NCBI GenBank assembly: GCA_030629775.1
Contig: DAOVOJ010000003.1
Location: forward strand, 1 to 36,023
DNA: 36,023 nucleotides
Origin: Candidatus Moraniibacteriota bacterium
GTDB taxonomy: Bacteria > Patescibacteriota > Minisyncoccia > JAHIHE01 > DAOVOJ01
Direction of reading: 5' to 3'
How positions within the stretch are numbered: the stretch's first letter is position 1; the number at the start of each line of letters is the position of its first letter. A program made the translations under genes and the position numbers. The notes beneath the pieces were generated by a model. The model had not been told where the DNA came from, ran no database searches, and saw only the letters and a list, made by a program, of their open reading frames with translations. This document shows, one piece after another, positions 26,640 to 36,023 of the stretch.

Positions 26640-26686
26640 AATAAAGCGGCAAGGTTTAATTCAAATCTTGCCGCTTTATTTTTTTA
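26640..26686 (+). terminator. Intrinsic terminator
   Basis: AATAAAGCGGCAAG / CTTGCCGCTTTATT stem followed by a T-run. Confidence 0.85.
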
Positions 26687-26707
26687 TTTATTCTTTACTT
26701 TTTCTTT

Positions 26708-28345
26708 ATGGAAATTTTAACTGTAATAATTTTAATCTTACTTTTTCTTTTTGCTTTTTCGGGCGATAAGAAACAAGAAGAAACCGAAGAAGAATTTTCA
26801 CTTCCTCCTGGATACTGGGAAGAAATTGAGTTGATGAGAAAAATTATCGCCTTGCTGGATAAATATGATTTTATAGCGGCTGATAAATTATTTTTTGATA
26901 ATCAGAATTTATCTAAGGATGAATATGAAAATCGTAAGAAGTTTTGTTTGAAGAGATATCTTGATGAGCGGCTGAAAGAAAAATTGGGATTTCAAATGGA
27001 TATTGAGAAAGCGCTGGCTTTATCTAAAACTGAGCGGAATTTATTATTGTCGTCTGGAGCCGGGACTGGCAAAACTTCCACGCTCGCCTATAAAGTATAT
27101 TTTCTAATTCACAAGCAAAATGTTTTATCTCGCGAAATAATGATTTTGACTTTTAACAAGAAAGCGGCCAGAGAAATTAAAAGCAGAATAGAACGCGAAT
27201 TTGCTTTGAAATCATTGGAGAATATCCGCACTTTTCACAGTTTCGCTTATCAGGTAGTTAAACCAAGAAAAAGAATGTTGATTGATCAGGAATTGTATGT
27301 TAAGAAAATTATCAGGCGAATAACCAAAAAAAATGTTAATTCCGATGTGGTTCAATTATTCACTCAGTTTATTCAGAAAGCCAAGAAATCAAGAATGAGT
27401 GTTGATGAAATAGAAGAAAAGATTGATAACTTTAAATCCAAGCATTTTCTGAAACTGGCTAACAGAATTTACAAAGAATATTCCGAATGTTTAGAGAAAG
27501 ATAATTTTCTTGATTTTGACGATCTTTTAACGGAAGCTATTAAGATAATAGAAAAAACAAAAGGCGAATGTAGAATAAGAGAGGTGAAATTAAATGATCT
27601 GAAATATCTGTTGATTGACGAATATCAGGACTTCTCAAAATTATTTTACGATTTAATTCAAGCGATCAGAAAACACAATCCTGAAATCAGATTATTCTGT
27701 GTCGGTGATAATTGTCAGGCTATTAATGGTTTTGCTGGATCTGATTTGAAATACTTTAATAATTTTACCGAGTATTTTGATAATTCAGATACAGCGTATT
27801 TGTTGACTAACTACCGAAGCAAGAAAAAAATTATTGATTGTAGTAATCGGTTTATGTTGAGAGAAAATAGAAGTTTTGATTATCAAGACAACGCGGGCGG
27901 AGAGGTTGTTGTTAGATATGTTGATGGCAATTCTACAAACGAGTATCTCAAACTTTGCGCTGAAATTATAAAAAGCAATCCGAATAAATCAGTCGCTATT
28001 CTTCATCGGAAGAATGAAATTAATAATATAACTTTGGAAATGTTTTGTAAGCGATTAGTAAAGTTTAGTAATGCTCAAAGTAAAATAACGATAAGTACCG
28101 TCCATAAATTCAAAGGACGAGAAGCTGATGTGATAATTATTTTACAAGTTACCAAAAAACTTTTTCCTCTTACTCATCCTTACAATGATCTTTTCAAAAT
28201 CTTCGGGCAGAATGATCAAGATATTTTGGACGAAGAGAAAAGATTGTTTTATGTGGCGATCACCAGAGCAAGAGAAAAGCTGTTTATTTTGACTGAAAGA
28301 GATGGCGAGAGTGAGTATTTGGAGGTGATTGAAAGGGATAAATAG
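26708..28345 (+). CDS. UvrD/Rep-family SF1 helicase (helicase IV-like) with an N-terminal membrane anchor
   Basis: SGAGTGKT, LTFNKKAA, TFHSF, IDEYQD, VGD..QAINGFAGS, TNYRS, STVHKFKGRE and EEKRLFYVAITRA; hydrophobic N-terminus. Confidence 0.92.
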   Translation: MEILTVIILILLFLFAFSGDKKQEETEEEFSLPPGYWEEIELMRKIIALLDKYDFIAADKLFFDNQNLSKDEYENRKKFCLKRYLDERLKEKLGFQMDIEKALALSKTERNLLLSSGAGTGKTSTLAYKVYFLIHKQNVLSREIMILTFNKKAAREIKSRIEREFALKSLENIRTFHSFAYQVVKPRKRMLIDQELYVKKIIRRITKKNVNSDVVQLFTQFIQKAKKSRMSVDEIEEKIDNFKSKHFLKLANRIYKEYSECLEKDNFLDFDDLLTEAIKIIEKTKGECRIREVKLNDLKYLLIDEYQDFSKLFYDLIQAIRKHNPEIRLFCVGDNCQAINGFAGSDLKYFNNFTEYFDNSDTAYLLTNYRSKKKIIDCSNRFMLRENRSFDYQDNAGGEVVVRYVDGNSTNEYLKLCAEIIKSNPNKSVAILHRKNEINNITLEMFCKRLVKFSNAQSKITISTVHKFKGREADVIIILQVTKKLFPLTHPYNDLFKIFGQNDQDILDEEKRLFYVAITRAREKLFILTERDGESEYLEVIERDK

Positions 28346-28380
28346 CGTTTTTATTGGCTTGTTTATCGGAGTTTCTTTTG

Positions 28381-28408
28381 TTGACGCATTTATTGGCTGT
28401 GCTATTAT
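28381..28408 (+). promoter_or_regulatory. Sigma70-type promoter
   Basis: TTGACG, 16 bp, TATTAT with an extended TG. Confidence 0.6.
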
Positions 28409-28414
28409 ATACTT

Positions 28415-28590
28415 GAAAAGTGAATAACAATTAATGGCCTAAACCTCGGGCTTTTTGTCTGAGGCATGGTTTAAATCCACTGTGACATAAAGACGGTTTC
28501 CCGTCTTTGCCATCATGTCACAGTGGTTGCTACTCGAAAGGGTAGTAGGTAACTCCGCGAGGATTACTGGTGAAGCGGGGGACCTTTTTT
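28415..28590 (+). ncRNA. Candidate structured RNA of unknown family
   Basis: GC-rich island with four consecutive hairpins, two capped by GNRA loops (GAAA, GCGA), between a promoter and a T-run. Confidence 0.55.
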
Positions 28591-28651
28591 GATGGAAAAG
28601 TTTCAGAAGCGTTATTAAATCATTAAATATTTTATTCTTAACATTAAAAAT

Positions 28652-29923
28652 ATGAAAAAACTTATCGCATTGTTAGTAATCGTATCATTTTTGATAATTC
28701 CGTCAGCTTCATACAAAGTTAATGCTAATATTTGTAATTTTTCACCTGGTATGGAAGGAGAAGCGCTAGATAATTGTTTAAGGGAACAAAGAAGACAAGA
28801 TCAAATAGCAAGGGATCAATTAATAGCCGATGCAGAAAATGCTCAAGAATTTTATGAAATTAAAATAGCTTATTTTTATAAACTAGATGGTCTTGAAAAG
28901 CAACTTGATGTATTTGACACTAATGGTCAATGTCGTTTTAGTAGCACAGATTGTTTACAAAGTATGAGGATTCCTTCTAATCCAACTACCTTAGGCGCTA
29001 ATGTTTTTTTAAATTTTATGGAAAATAAAGAAAAATGTTTTGATCATCTTTCACAATGTATAGCAAAAAAAATGGCTAATACTCAAACCCAACAACCCAT
29101 AAAAACTGATGATCAAATATGTAGTGAAAAATTTGGTCCAAATTGGAAATGGGATGGCGTTGCATATTGTGTTTGTAAAGATGGTTATACACAAAAAAAT
29201 GGAGACTGTGTTAGTTACGATCAAGCATGTAATATTTCATATCCTAATACAAAGTTTCTAAAAATTGATAATGTCGATGGTCATAGAATATGTGATTGTA
29301 AAAATGGTTATGTGTGGAATAAGCAAAGAACAGGTTGTATTATTGCGCCAGTTGTTCCAGTAAAAACAAATGATCAGATTTGTAGTGATACATACGGAAT
29401 AAATAGTAATTGGAATGGCACTAAAAACGATAATGGTGGTTTAATCTGTGATTGCAAAACTGGTTATGAATGGAATTATAACCAAACAGCTTGTATTAAG
29501 AAAGAAATAATAATACCTCCAAAAGTTAAGGGTGTAAGTGAGAACAATAATTTTTCCATTCCCGAAGGCGCTCTTATCCGAGCAACAAACGGAATTGATA
29601 TTTATATCGTCAAATATGTTGGCACAAAGAAATTCAAACGACTGATTTTAAGCCCATCTGTTTTTAATAATTATGGTCATTTGAGATGGGAGGATGTAAT
29701 GGATGTTGATTGGACAACGCTTAATTCTTTTGCTACTTCCGATCTAGTCCGTGCCGTAGGCGATGATAAAATTTACAGATTATATTCACAGGGCGACAAA
29801 GGACAAAAACGGATGATAAAAAATAATAGCGTTCTAGCGAGATTAGGATTTGATCCCGATTCTATTTATGAAATAAACAGGTTTGATAGAGAATCCTATT
29901 TAAAGGGTCTGGATTTAGAGTAA
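28652..29923 (+). CDS. Secreted cysteine-rich (EGF-like repeat) surface protein
   Basis: Signal peptide; three DQ.C...C.CK.GY...C repeats; C-terminal EGALIRA..IDIYIVK..KRLILSPSVF..YGHL.W domain typical of CPR surface proteins. Confidence 0.75.
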   Translation: MKKLIALLVIVSFLIIPSASYKVNANICNFSPGMEGEALDNCLREQRRQDQIARDQLIADAENAQEFYEIKIAYFYKLDGLEKQLDVFDTNGQCRFSSTDCLQSMRIPSNPTTLGANVFLNFMENKEKCFDHLSQCIAKKMANTQTQQPIKTDDQICSEKFGPNWKWDGVAYCVCKDGYTQKNGDCVSYDQACNISYPNTKFLKIDNVDGHRICDCKNGYVWNKQRTGCIIAPVVPVKTNDQICSDTYGINSNWNGTKNDNGGLICDCKTGYEWNYNQTACIKKEIIIPPKVKGVSENNNFSIPEGALIRATNGIDIYIVKYVGTKKFKRLILSPSVFNNYGHLRWEDVMDVDWTTLNSFATSDLVRAVGDDKIYRLYSQGDKGQKRMIKNNSVLARLGFDPDSIYEINRFDRESYLKGLDLE

Positions 29924-29947
29924 AGTTTAAGAATAATTATATTGACC

Positions 29948-31156
29948 ATGAATGATACTTCAGAAAAAAATAAAAACGACGACAAAAATCTTGCAAGATT
30001 TGTATTCCGCTACCTCACATTGCTTTTGTTTGTTGTGATTATTATATTATTTTTTTATAGTCCTCAAGATGTTCCTGAGCAAAAAAAGATTTCCTCTGTG
30101 TTATTTGTAGAAAAAGTTTTTAGCTCTAATACTTGTAATGAATTTATATCTTTTTTTGACGGTGAAGCAAAAAAAATAGTTGCAGATGATATAGGGTTAG
30201 ATGATATTGAAGAGTGTGATAAAGAAAGAAAAGAAAATATTGAAGAATTTAGTAATTTAAGTTGTAACGAAATTGATAAAAAAGATTTAAATTTAGATTA
30301 TATTGATTTGGGAGTTGATATGCCTATTTTTTCTGATGTGGTTTACTGTATAGACACGGAAGAAGATAATGAAGGAATTTTTTTCTTTCTAAATTATAAT
30401 GGATCGAAAAAAACATATAAAATAGTAAATGGGGGAGGAAATATTGAGAAAGAAGTTAAGTTAAGAAGAAAAGAAGAAGAAATAAGGAATAAGGAAATTG
30501 AAGCAAGAAAAAATACTACTAATCCTGCTTATCTGATTTCGCCAGAGTTGTTTGTAATAGACGAAAGAAACATAATCTCCGATCTTCCAGATGATGATAA
30601 ATCGGTTTGGGTTGAAGAAGTTATAGACGAGAATACTATAAGAGTTTCGTATATTATTCTGAAAGGTGGCGAAAATATTATAACTTTTGCAACAGTCAGT
30701 TTATATGGTATAGGAAAAACTCAATCTGAATGTTTTAAGGGGGAAGCTATAAAATTTTTGAAAAAGTTTATTGAGCATAAGTATATTTATTTGTCTGGAG
30801 GATATAATTATTTTCCTAAAAAAACATATCCAAAAGTACCAGAAAAATTTTTATTAAAATATGTAAGGATATGGAAACAGGATGTCAATGTCTCAATTAT
30901 TAGTAAATTGCATTCAAGCATAACGGATAATGAGAATGAGATAGAAGTAAATGCAGCTATAGTTTACTTGGGTTATGGTATGCCAACGCGCTATTATCCT
31001 AGTTTTCTTTTGACAAGATTGGCGGGAGAGAATGAATGTTACTATTTAGATTCTGCCGAATCCATCAAATTAAGAGGAAGTCTTGAAAATATGGAAGAAT
31101 TCGCAAAAGTCGCAAAAAGAGGATTTTGGGCTGACAATGTTTGTAATGAAAATTAA
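29948..31156 (+). CDS. Membrane-anchored thermonuclease (SNase)-like protein, degenerate active site
   Basis: TM helix; VEEVIDENTIRV, VSLYGI, ECFKGEA..FL, VNAAIVYLGYG and AK..KRGFW follow the SNase pattern. Confidence 0.65.
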   Translation: MNDTSEKNKNDDKNLARFVFRYLTLLLFVVIIILFFYSPQDVPEQKKISSVLFVEKVFSSNTCNEFISFFDGEAKKIVADDIGLDDIEECDKERKENIEEFSNLSCNEIDKKDLNLDYIDLGVDMPIFSDVVYCIDTEEDNEGIFFFLNYNGSKKTYKIVNGGGNIEKEVKLRRKEEEIRNKEIEARKNTTNPAYLISPELFVIDERNIISDLPDDDKSVWVEEVIDENTIRVSYIILKGGENIITFATVSLYGIGKTQSECFKGEAIKFLKKFIEHKYIYLSGGYNYFPKKTYPKVPEKFLLKYVRIWKQDVNVSIISKLHSSITDNENEIEVNAAIVYLGYGMPTRYYPSFLLTRLAGENECYYLDSAESIKLRGSLENMEEFAKVAKRGFWADNVCNEN

Positions 31157-31187
31157 AAGAATACTAACAAATAATAATTCACCCCAT

Positions 31188-32018
31188 ATGAAACTAATCT
31201 CTCCCAAACTCAAAAAAGTCATAAAAACAATTATCATTATATTTCTTATTATAACGGCGTTTTCTTTTTGGACGGAACAATACTATCTGCTTTTTGAAGA
31301 CGGCTGGGAAGAAGAAAAGTCTTGTAATGTCTCCAACATAAAACTTCAGGGTGACTTAATAACCTATATTTCCAACGAAGGCAAGAACGAATACGACGAT
31401 CTTCTTTGGGATGAAATTGCTTCGGAAGATATTGTTAGGGCTATTGAAAAAGCGGAGAAAGATGATCATATTAAAGCAATCATTTTAGAAATAGATTCAT
31501 TTGGCGGATATCCCGTCGCTAGTGAGGAAGTGGCTAACGCATTGAAAAGAGCCAAGAAACCAACCATTGCTTTAATTAGGGAATATGGAACTTCTGGCGC
31601 TTATTACGCTGCCACCGGCGCTGACATGATTTTCGCCTCCCAAAATTCCGATGTTGGCAGTATAGGAGTGACTATGTCATATCTCGACCACGCCGAGGAA
31701 AATAAAAAAGACGGGCTAACTTATAACCAACTAAGCGTTGGTAAATTCAAGGACGCGGGAAATTCAGATAAACCTTTAACTCCCGAAGAAAAAGAATTGT
31801 TTATGCGCGACATTAATATCCTCCACGAAAATTTTATCAAAGCCGTCGCTGATAATCGCAATTTGGATATTGAAAAAGTAAGGCAACTCGCCGACGGCTC
31901 CACTATACTTGGCTTAATGGCTTTAGAAAATAATCTCATAGACAAAATCGGCGGGAGATATGAAGTTGAGGAATATTTAAAAGAAAAGCTTGGTGGGGAT
32001 ATTGAAATTTGTCGGTAG
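31188..32018 (+). CDS. sppA: Signal peptide peptidase SppA (S49 family)
   Basis: IDSFGG, GTSGAYY, VGSIGV, GKFKDAG, FIKAVADNR and LIDKIGG. The ATG at 31188 is preferred. Confidence 0.92.
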   Translation: MKLISPKLKKVIKTIIIIFLIITAFSFWTEQYYLLFEDGWEEEKSCNVSNIKLQGDLITYISNEGKNEYDDLLWDEIASEDIVRAIEKAEKDDHIKAIILEIDSFGGYPVASEEVANALKRAKKPTIALIREYGTSGAYYAATGADMIFASQNSDVGSIGVTMSYLDHAEENKKDGLTYNQLSVGKFKDAGNSDKPLTPEEKELFMRDINILHENFIKAVADNRNLDIEKVRQLADGSTILGLMALENNLIDKIGGRYEVEEYLKEKLGGDIEICR

Positions 32019-32074
32019 ATTATGAAAAATTAATTTATTTTTTAATAAGTTTTAATCAATTAATCAAAACAATT

Positions 32075-35000
32075 ATGAACAAGAAAACTCTGAAAAAATC
32101 CTTAGCGGGATTTATGGTCGTGGCAATTTTATTGCCAGTATTATCTTTAATGATAACGGTGTCGCCTGTTTTGGCTTATGAGGAATATCAAGAAAATGGC
32201 AACACTTATATTTTTGGAGAAATTACCGAGAATACTATCTGGACATTAGAAGATAGCCCCTACATTGTAACGGGAAATATAACAGTAGCGGAAAACAAAA
32301 TATTGACTGTTGAGCCGGGAGCGGAAATAAGATTTGACGGGTGGTATCAAATAAATGTTAAAGGAACGCTAAATGCTGTTGGAGAAAAAGAAAATTATAT
32401 TACTGTTACTTCTAATTGGGATAGTCCTTATGTTGGAAGCTGGGAAGGAATAAAATTGGATAGTTCAAGTGAAAATAATGTGATTCAATACGCTGTGATA
32501 GAATATGCCAATATTGGTATTGAGAATAATTACTATTCTTGTGCTCAAAATTTAACTGTTGAAAATTCAATATTTAATAATCTTCGTTATGGCATAATAC
32601 AATGCAAGGGGCTTATCTCTAATAATTATTTTATTAATGTTAACACAGCGTTTGATAGTTCTCGCGAGTGTGAAATTACCGATAATTATATTTCTGGCAG
32701 TACAAATGTTTTTCATTATCCATCTTCTGAAACTATTATTCATTCTAATAATATAGTCAATTACAATCCCACAAACCAGAATGGCTCACACTTAGTTTAT
32801 CACGGTGATAATGAAAATTTGGACGCGACAAATAATTATTGGGGAACTACTGACGAAAATTATATTGACGCTAATATTTGGGATAAGGATAATGATTCAT
32901 GGTTAGGAGAAGTAGTTTATAAACCCTATGCTGATTCTCTTATCACTTTTAATTTAACTGAACCAAGCGATGATATTTTATTTGAAAATGTAAGCAATCC
33001 AGCCGAAACTACTTTTAGCTGGAATCCGATAAATGGTCCAGGAGATATTTTGGATTATTACGAACTTTATATTGACGGTGAACTTAAAGAAACAGATATT
33101 GCTGGAACTGATATTGACTATGACATTTCTTCACTGTCAGACGGTTATCATTCTTGGTATGTTGTGGCAGTGAATAGTGACGGCAATAGTTATAAATCAA
33201 ACAATGTTTTTGGGTTTAATGTTAATATTCGCACTCCGCATACTCCGATTGCCAATCCAGCAGGCGGATGGTATTTTGAGGATCAATATATTACTCTAAG
33301 TTCCAATGACGAGAATAATATTATTAGATATACTTTAGACGGAAGCGAGCCCACAGAAGAAACTTTGTCTGAATATACTTCCCCGATTTCTATAACAGCA
33401 GTTGAAGAAGATTCTATTATTCTAAAAGCTAAAGCGTGGAATAGTGAAGGCAAAAGTAGTCTGATTATGACTGAAGAATATCAGTTTGATTTAACTCCAC
33501 CAGAGGATGTGATATTTGACCTTCAAGGTGGCGTTTATGAAAATCATGTAATTGTCTCTCTATCTTCTGGAGGAAGCGATGAAATCAGATATACCACCAA
33601 TGAAACTGAGCCGAATGAATTGTCAGCTTTATATACAGAACCAATTGCTATAAATAATTCCACTGTCTTAAAAGCGAAAGCGTGGGATGAAGTTGGAAAT
33701 AGCAGTGAGATAATAACAGAAGTTTATAATATTACTGCATGGCATGGTGGAGGTGGTGGTAGTTCGCCTGGCGGTGGAGGCGGAGCTGGATATTCTCCCA
33801 TAGAAATAACAGTGGATAGTTTAAAGACTGACGATACCACGCCTGAATTGACTGGAACAATAAATAACAATGATGCCACAATAACGGTGGCAATAGCTGG
33901 GAATGAATATAGTGCTACTAATAATAGTGATGGAACATGGACATTATCAGATAATATGATAAGCGAGTTATGCATAGGAATATACGATGTTAGAGTTAGA
34001 GCTTCTATAAGTATTGATTATGTTTATGGTTATGGAACTGATGATACAACAAATGAATTGACAATTAAATCAGATGAAGAAAATCCGCCTTATGCGGTGG
34101 CGATAGACAATCAGAAAAACGCTAGACCAGTTTCGGGAGTGGATGAAGCGGATGTCGTTTACGAATTTCCAGTGGAGGGAAGCATTACCAGATTTATGGC
34201 GATTTATAATCCAGACAGCGGAATTGATTCTTCCACTGAAATAGGACCTGTAAGATCAGCAAGACCATATTTCGCGCGGACAGCCAGCGAGCATGAAGCG
34301 ATTTACGCTCACGCAGGCGGTATTCCTGATGCCTTATCTGGTTTGAGCAATCACGAATATAGCGTTTATAATTTAGACGCTTTGTATGGCGGCGGCGATT
34401 ATTTTTGGAGAGATGAAACTAGAGACGCGCCGCACAACCTTTATACTTCCATAGAAAAGCTAAACAATTTTAGAGATGAATTTGAGCTTGGAACTGGAAC
34501 ATTTACTCAGCCATGGATTTTTTCTGATAATCCTTCTTCAATGGAAGGTATAGGATTTGATCAAGCTGAAGTGGAAGTGGAATACACTAATATAAATTAC
34601 AATGTGAAATGGGTTTACGATGATACGGATGGCGTTTATTACAGGCAAACTTACGAAGACGGAAGTTATCAAGATTATATAGACATAAATGACAATCATG
34701 TGTCAACTACAAATCTTGCTATTCAGTATGCGTTTACTAATCCGTTTACAGAAATGTCACAAATGGAGGGAGTTGCATTACTGTGCAGAGAAGGGAAATG
34801 TAGTAATGGAAAATGGAAAAAAGATAATACGGATAGCAATGTAAAATTTTATCTAAGCGGTAGCGAAGAATTTGAATTTAAGACAGGCAAGCTTTGGATA
34901 AATATAGCGGATGCAACCGATGCTCCTCTACCTGCGCCCATTACCAATGTAACAGTAGAAAATGTTAGCGCTGGAGATGAACTGAGGTTGAAAATAAATT

Positions 35001-35707
35001 GGGTTAATCCGTCAAATGAAGACTTAACAAAAATATTTATTTGTCGTTCAAATATTTTTTCTAATGATATGTGGCAATGCGGTTTGGCTGAAAATCTAAA
35101 AGGAGTGTTAGATAATTCTATTGAGAATAATTATATTACTCCCGATTCTACAAGCATTATTGACAATTATCGATTAGTAGAAGGGGCCACTTATTACTAT
35201 CGGTTATACGCATTTGACACTTTGGAAAATATTTATGATGAGTGGGGATATAATCCTGAGTGGTCCGAAGAAGCCAGTGGAATTCCTTTGTATGATCAAC
35301 CAATAGAATCTGGGATCAGAATTGATGATATCACTTGGATTAAAAATTTTGGCACAACTAATGATACTTATACAGACGGCTGGAAAATAAAGTTTGATAT
35401 TACGGTAAATGATCCCGAAGAAAACCAGTTAAAGTTTAAGATGAGTGATTGGACTTCTGATTCAAACATTATAGCGACCATTGGAAATACAAAAATTTCT
35501 TTGAATAATCTTGATACTGAAGTTGATATCTTAAACGCTACAAGCATGGGAACTGAATATGGCGATATGAATCCTTTGACTATTTCTGATATAAATCCTT
35601 CTATGGATAAAACTCAAGCGAGTTTCTATGTCTGGATAAAATTGCCAACGAGTACAGTCGCTGGGAACTATCGCGCGAGCTATAGAATTCAAACTTTAAC
35701 TCAATAA
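32075..35707 (+). CDS. Large multidomain secreted/surface protein (beta-helix, Fn3-like, two chitobiase-C/Fn3-associated, Ig-like, DUF3048-like)
   Basis: ATG at 32075 with a signal peptide; WTLEDSPYIV...ATNNYWG beta-helix; IRYTLDGSEP and IRYTTNETEP; Gly-rich linker; TDDTTPELTGT; IDNQKNARP..VEGSITRF..GPVRSAR..APHNLY. Confidence 0.85.
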   Translation: MNKKTLKKSLAGFMVVAILLPVLSLMITVSPVLAYEEYQENGNTYIFGEITENTIWTLEDSPYIVTGNITVAENKILTVEPGAEIRFDGWYQINVKGTLNAVGEKENYITVTSNWDSPYVGSWEGIKLDSSSENNVIQYAVIEYANIGIENNYYSCAQNLTVENSIFNNLRYGIIQCKGLISNNYFINVNTAFDSSRECEITDNYISGSTNVFHYPSSETIIHSNNIVNYNPTNQNGSHLVYHGDNENLDATNNYWGTTDENYIDANIWDKDNDSWLGEVVYKPYADSLITFNLTEPSDDILFENVSNPAETTFSWNPINGPGDILDYYELYIDGELKETDIAGTDIDYDISSLSDGYHSWYVVAVNSDGNSYKSNNVFGFNVNIRTPHTPIANPAGGWYFEDQYITLSSNDENNIIRYTLDGSEPTEETLSEYTSPISITAVEEDSIILKAKAWNSEGKSSLIMTEEYQFDLTPPEDVIFDLQGGVYENHVIVSLSSGGSDEIRYTTNETEPNELSALYTEPIAINNSTVLKAKAWDEVGNSSEIITEVYNITAWHGGGGGSSPGGGGGAGYSPIEITVDSLKTDDTTPELTGTINNNDATITVAIAGNEYSATNNSDGTWTLSDNMISELCIGIYDVRVRASISIDYVYGYGTDDTTNELTIKSDEENPPYAVAIDNQKNARPVSGVDEADVVYEFPVEGSITRFMAIYNPDSGIDSSTEIGPVRSARPYFARTASEHEAIYAHAGGIPDALSGLSNHEYSVYNLDALYGGGDYFWRDETRDAPHNLYTSIEKLNNFRDEFELGTGTFTQPWIFSDNPSSMEGIGFDQAEVEVEYTNINYNVKWVYDDTDGVYYRQTYEDGSYQDYIDINDNHVSTTNLAIQYAFTNPFTEMSQMEGVALLCREGKCSNGKWKKDNTDSNVKFYLSGSEEFEFKTGKLWINIADATDAPLPAPITNVTVENVSAGDELRLKINWVNPSNEDLTKIFICRSNIFSNDMWQCGLAENLKGVLDNSIENNYITPDSTSIIDNYRLVEGATYYYRLYAFDTLENIYDEWGYNPEWSEEASGIPLYDQPIESGIRIDDITWIKNFGTTNDTYTDGWKIKFDITVNDPEENQLKFKMSDWTSDSNIIATIGNTKISLNNLDTEVDILNATSMGTEYGDMNPLTISDINPSMDKTQASFYVWIKLPTSTVAGNYRASYRIQTLTQ

Positions 35708-35711
35708 ATAT

Positions 35712-36023
35712 ATGATAATGAAAAATTTAAAAAGTATTATTGCCGTTTGTTTTCTTTCCCTATTGCTTCCTGTTATTGCCTGCGCTTCAGAATCGGAAGA
35801 AGGATTTCTTAATCCCGGACAGGAAAATATTGAAGCTCAGCCGTCAGATATTGAAGCTATTGCTGAAAATCCAACTCCTCCTACTATTCCTCAAAATACT
35901 GGCGGAGGCGGTGGCGGAGGATATACTCCTCCAATAAGCCAAGCGGCCAATAATGTTCCTTTAAAAATCTCATCCTCTCAAAAAGGAACGCTGAACCAAA
36001 ATCTAAACAATAAAAATAAAGTA
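35712..36023 (+). CDS. Secreted protein, 5' part (runs off the window)
   Basis: Open frame from ATG 35712 or 35718: MKNLKSIIAVCFLSLLLPVIACASESEEGF...NTGGGGGGGYTPP..., a signal peptide and Gly-rich linker with no stop before the window end. Confidence 0.75.
   Translation, partial: MIMKNLKSIIAVCFLSLLLPVIACASESEEGFLNPGQENIEAQPSDIEAIAENPTPPTIPQNTGGGGGGGYTPPISQAANNVPLKISSSQKGTLNQNLNNKNKV

Larger units (their letters stand above)
17695..36023. mobile_element. Integrated element / genomic island at tRNA-Glu; right end not in the window
   Basis: A large serine recombinase overlaps the tRNA 3' end and is followed by primase-ATPase, DUF5659-like, SymE-like, SSAP-like and UvrD genes. The sequence is visibly more AT-rich and the host repeat families are absent. 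Inclusion of the genes after about 28400 is inferred, since no attR was found. Confidence 0.8.

Noticed and set aside
35740-35937. 65-aa ORF from the track
   Set aside because: It overlaps the longer frame starting at 35712/35718, which has a signal peptide and runs off the window.
17733-36023. Right attachment site (attR)
   Set aside because: I saw no repeat of the tRNA-Glu 3' sequence in the window, so the boundary could not be placed.

Overview
Bacterial chromosomal window, probably Patescibacteria/CPR. That is an inference from AT-rich leaders lacking Shine-Dalgarno sites, a CPR-type pilin, a CPR-type MurF N-terminus and CPR-type surface-protein repeats. The left half (1-17732) is core chromosome: a partial GT39 glycosyltransferase, SemiSWEET, lon, mnmA, pilin, gyrB, a threonine-synthase-like enzyme, murJ, mraZ-rsmH-ftsL-ftsI-murF-like and tRNA-Glu(CTC). 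It carries at least five families of short palindromic or low-complexity repeats, several of them in frame inside coding sequences (MnmA, the MurF-like P-loop, the RsmH C-terminus, probably GyrB). The right half (about 17695 to the window end) is an AT-rich element integrated at the tRNA-Glu 3' end. It has a large serine recombinase whose C-terminus is encoded antisense to the tRNA and which sits behind an attenuator-like leader, a primase-ATPase with an SSB-like DIPF tail, an operon of SymE-like protein, ATPase-deleted mini-ComM and putative ssDNA-annealing protein, a UvrD helicase, a highly structured candidate ncRNA, and a block of secreted or surface cargo genes. No virion or conjugation genes and no right att site are visible in the window. 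All calls come from reading motifs by eye; no database searches were run.
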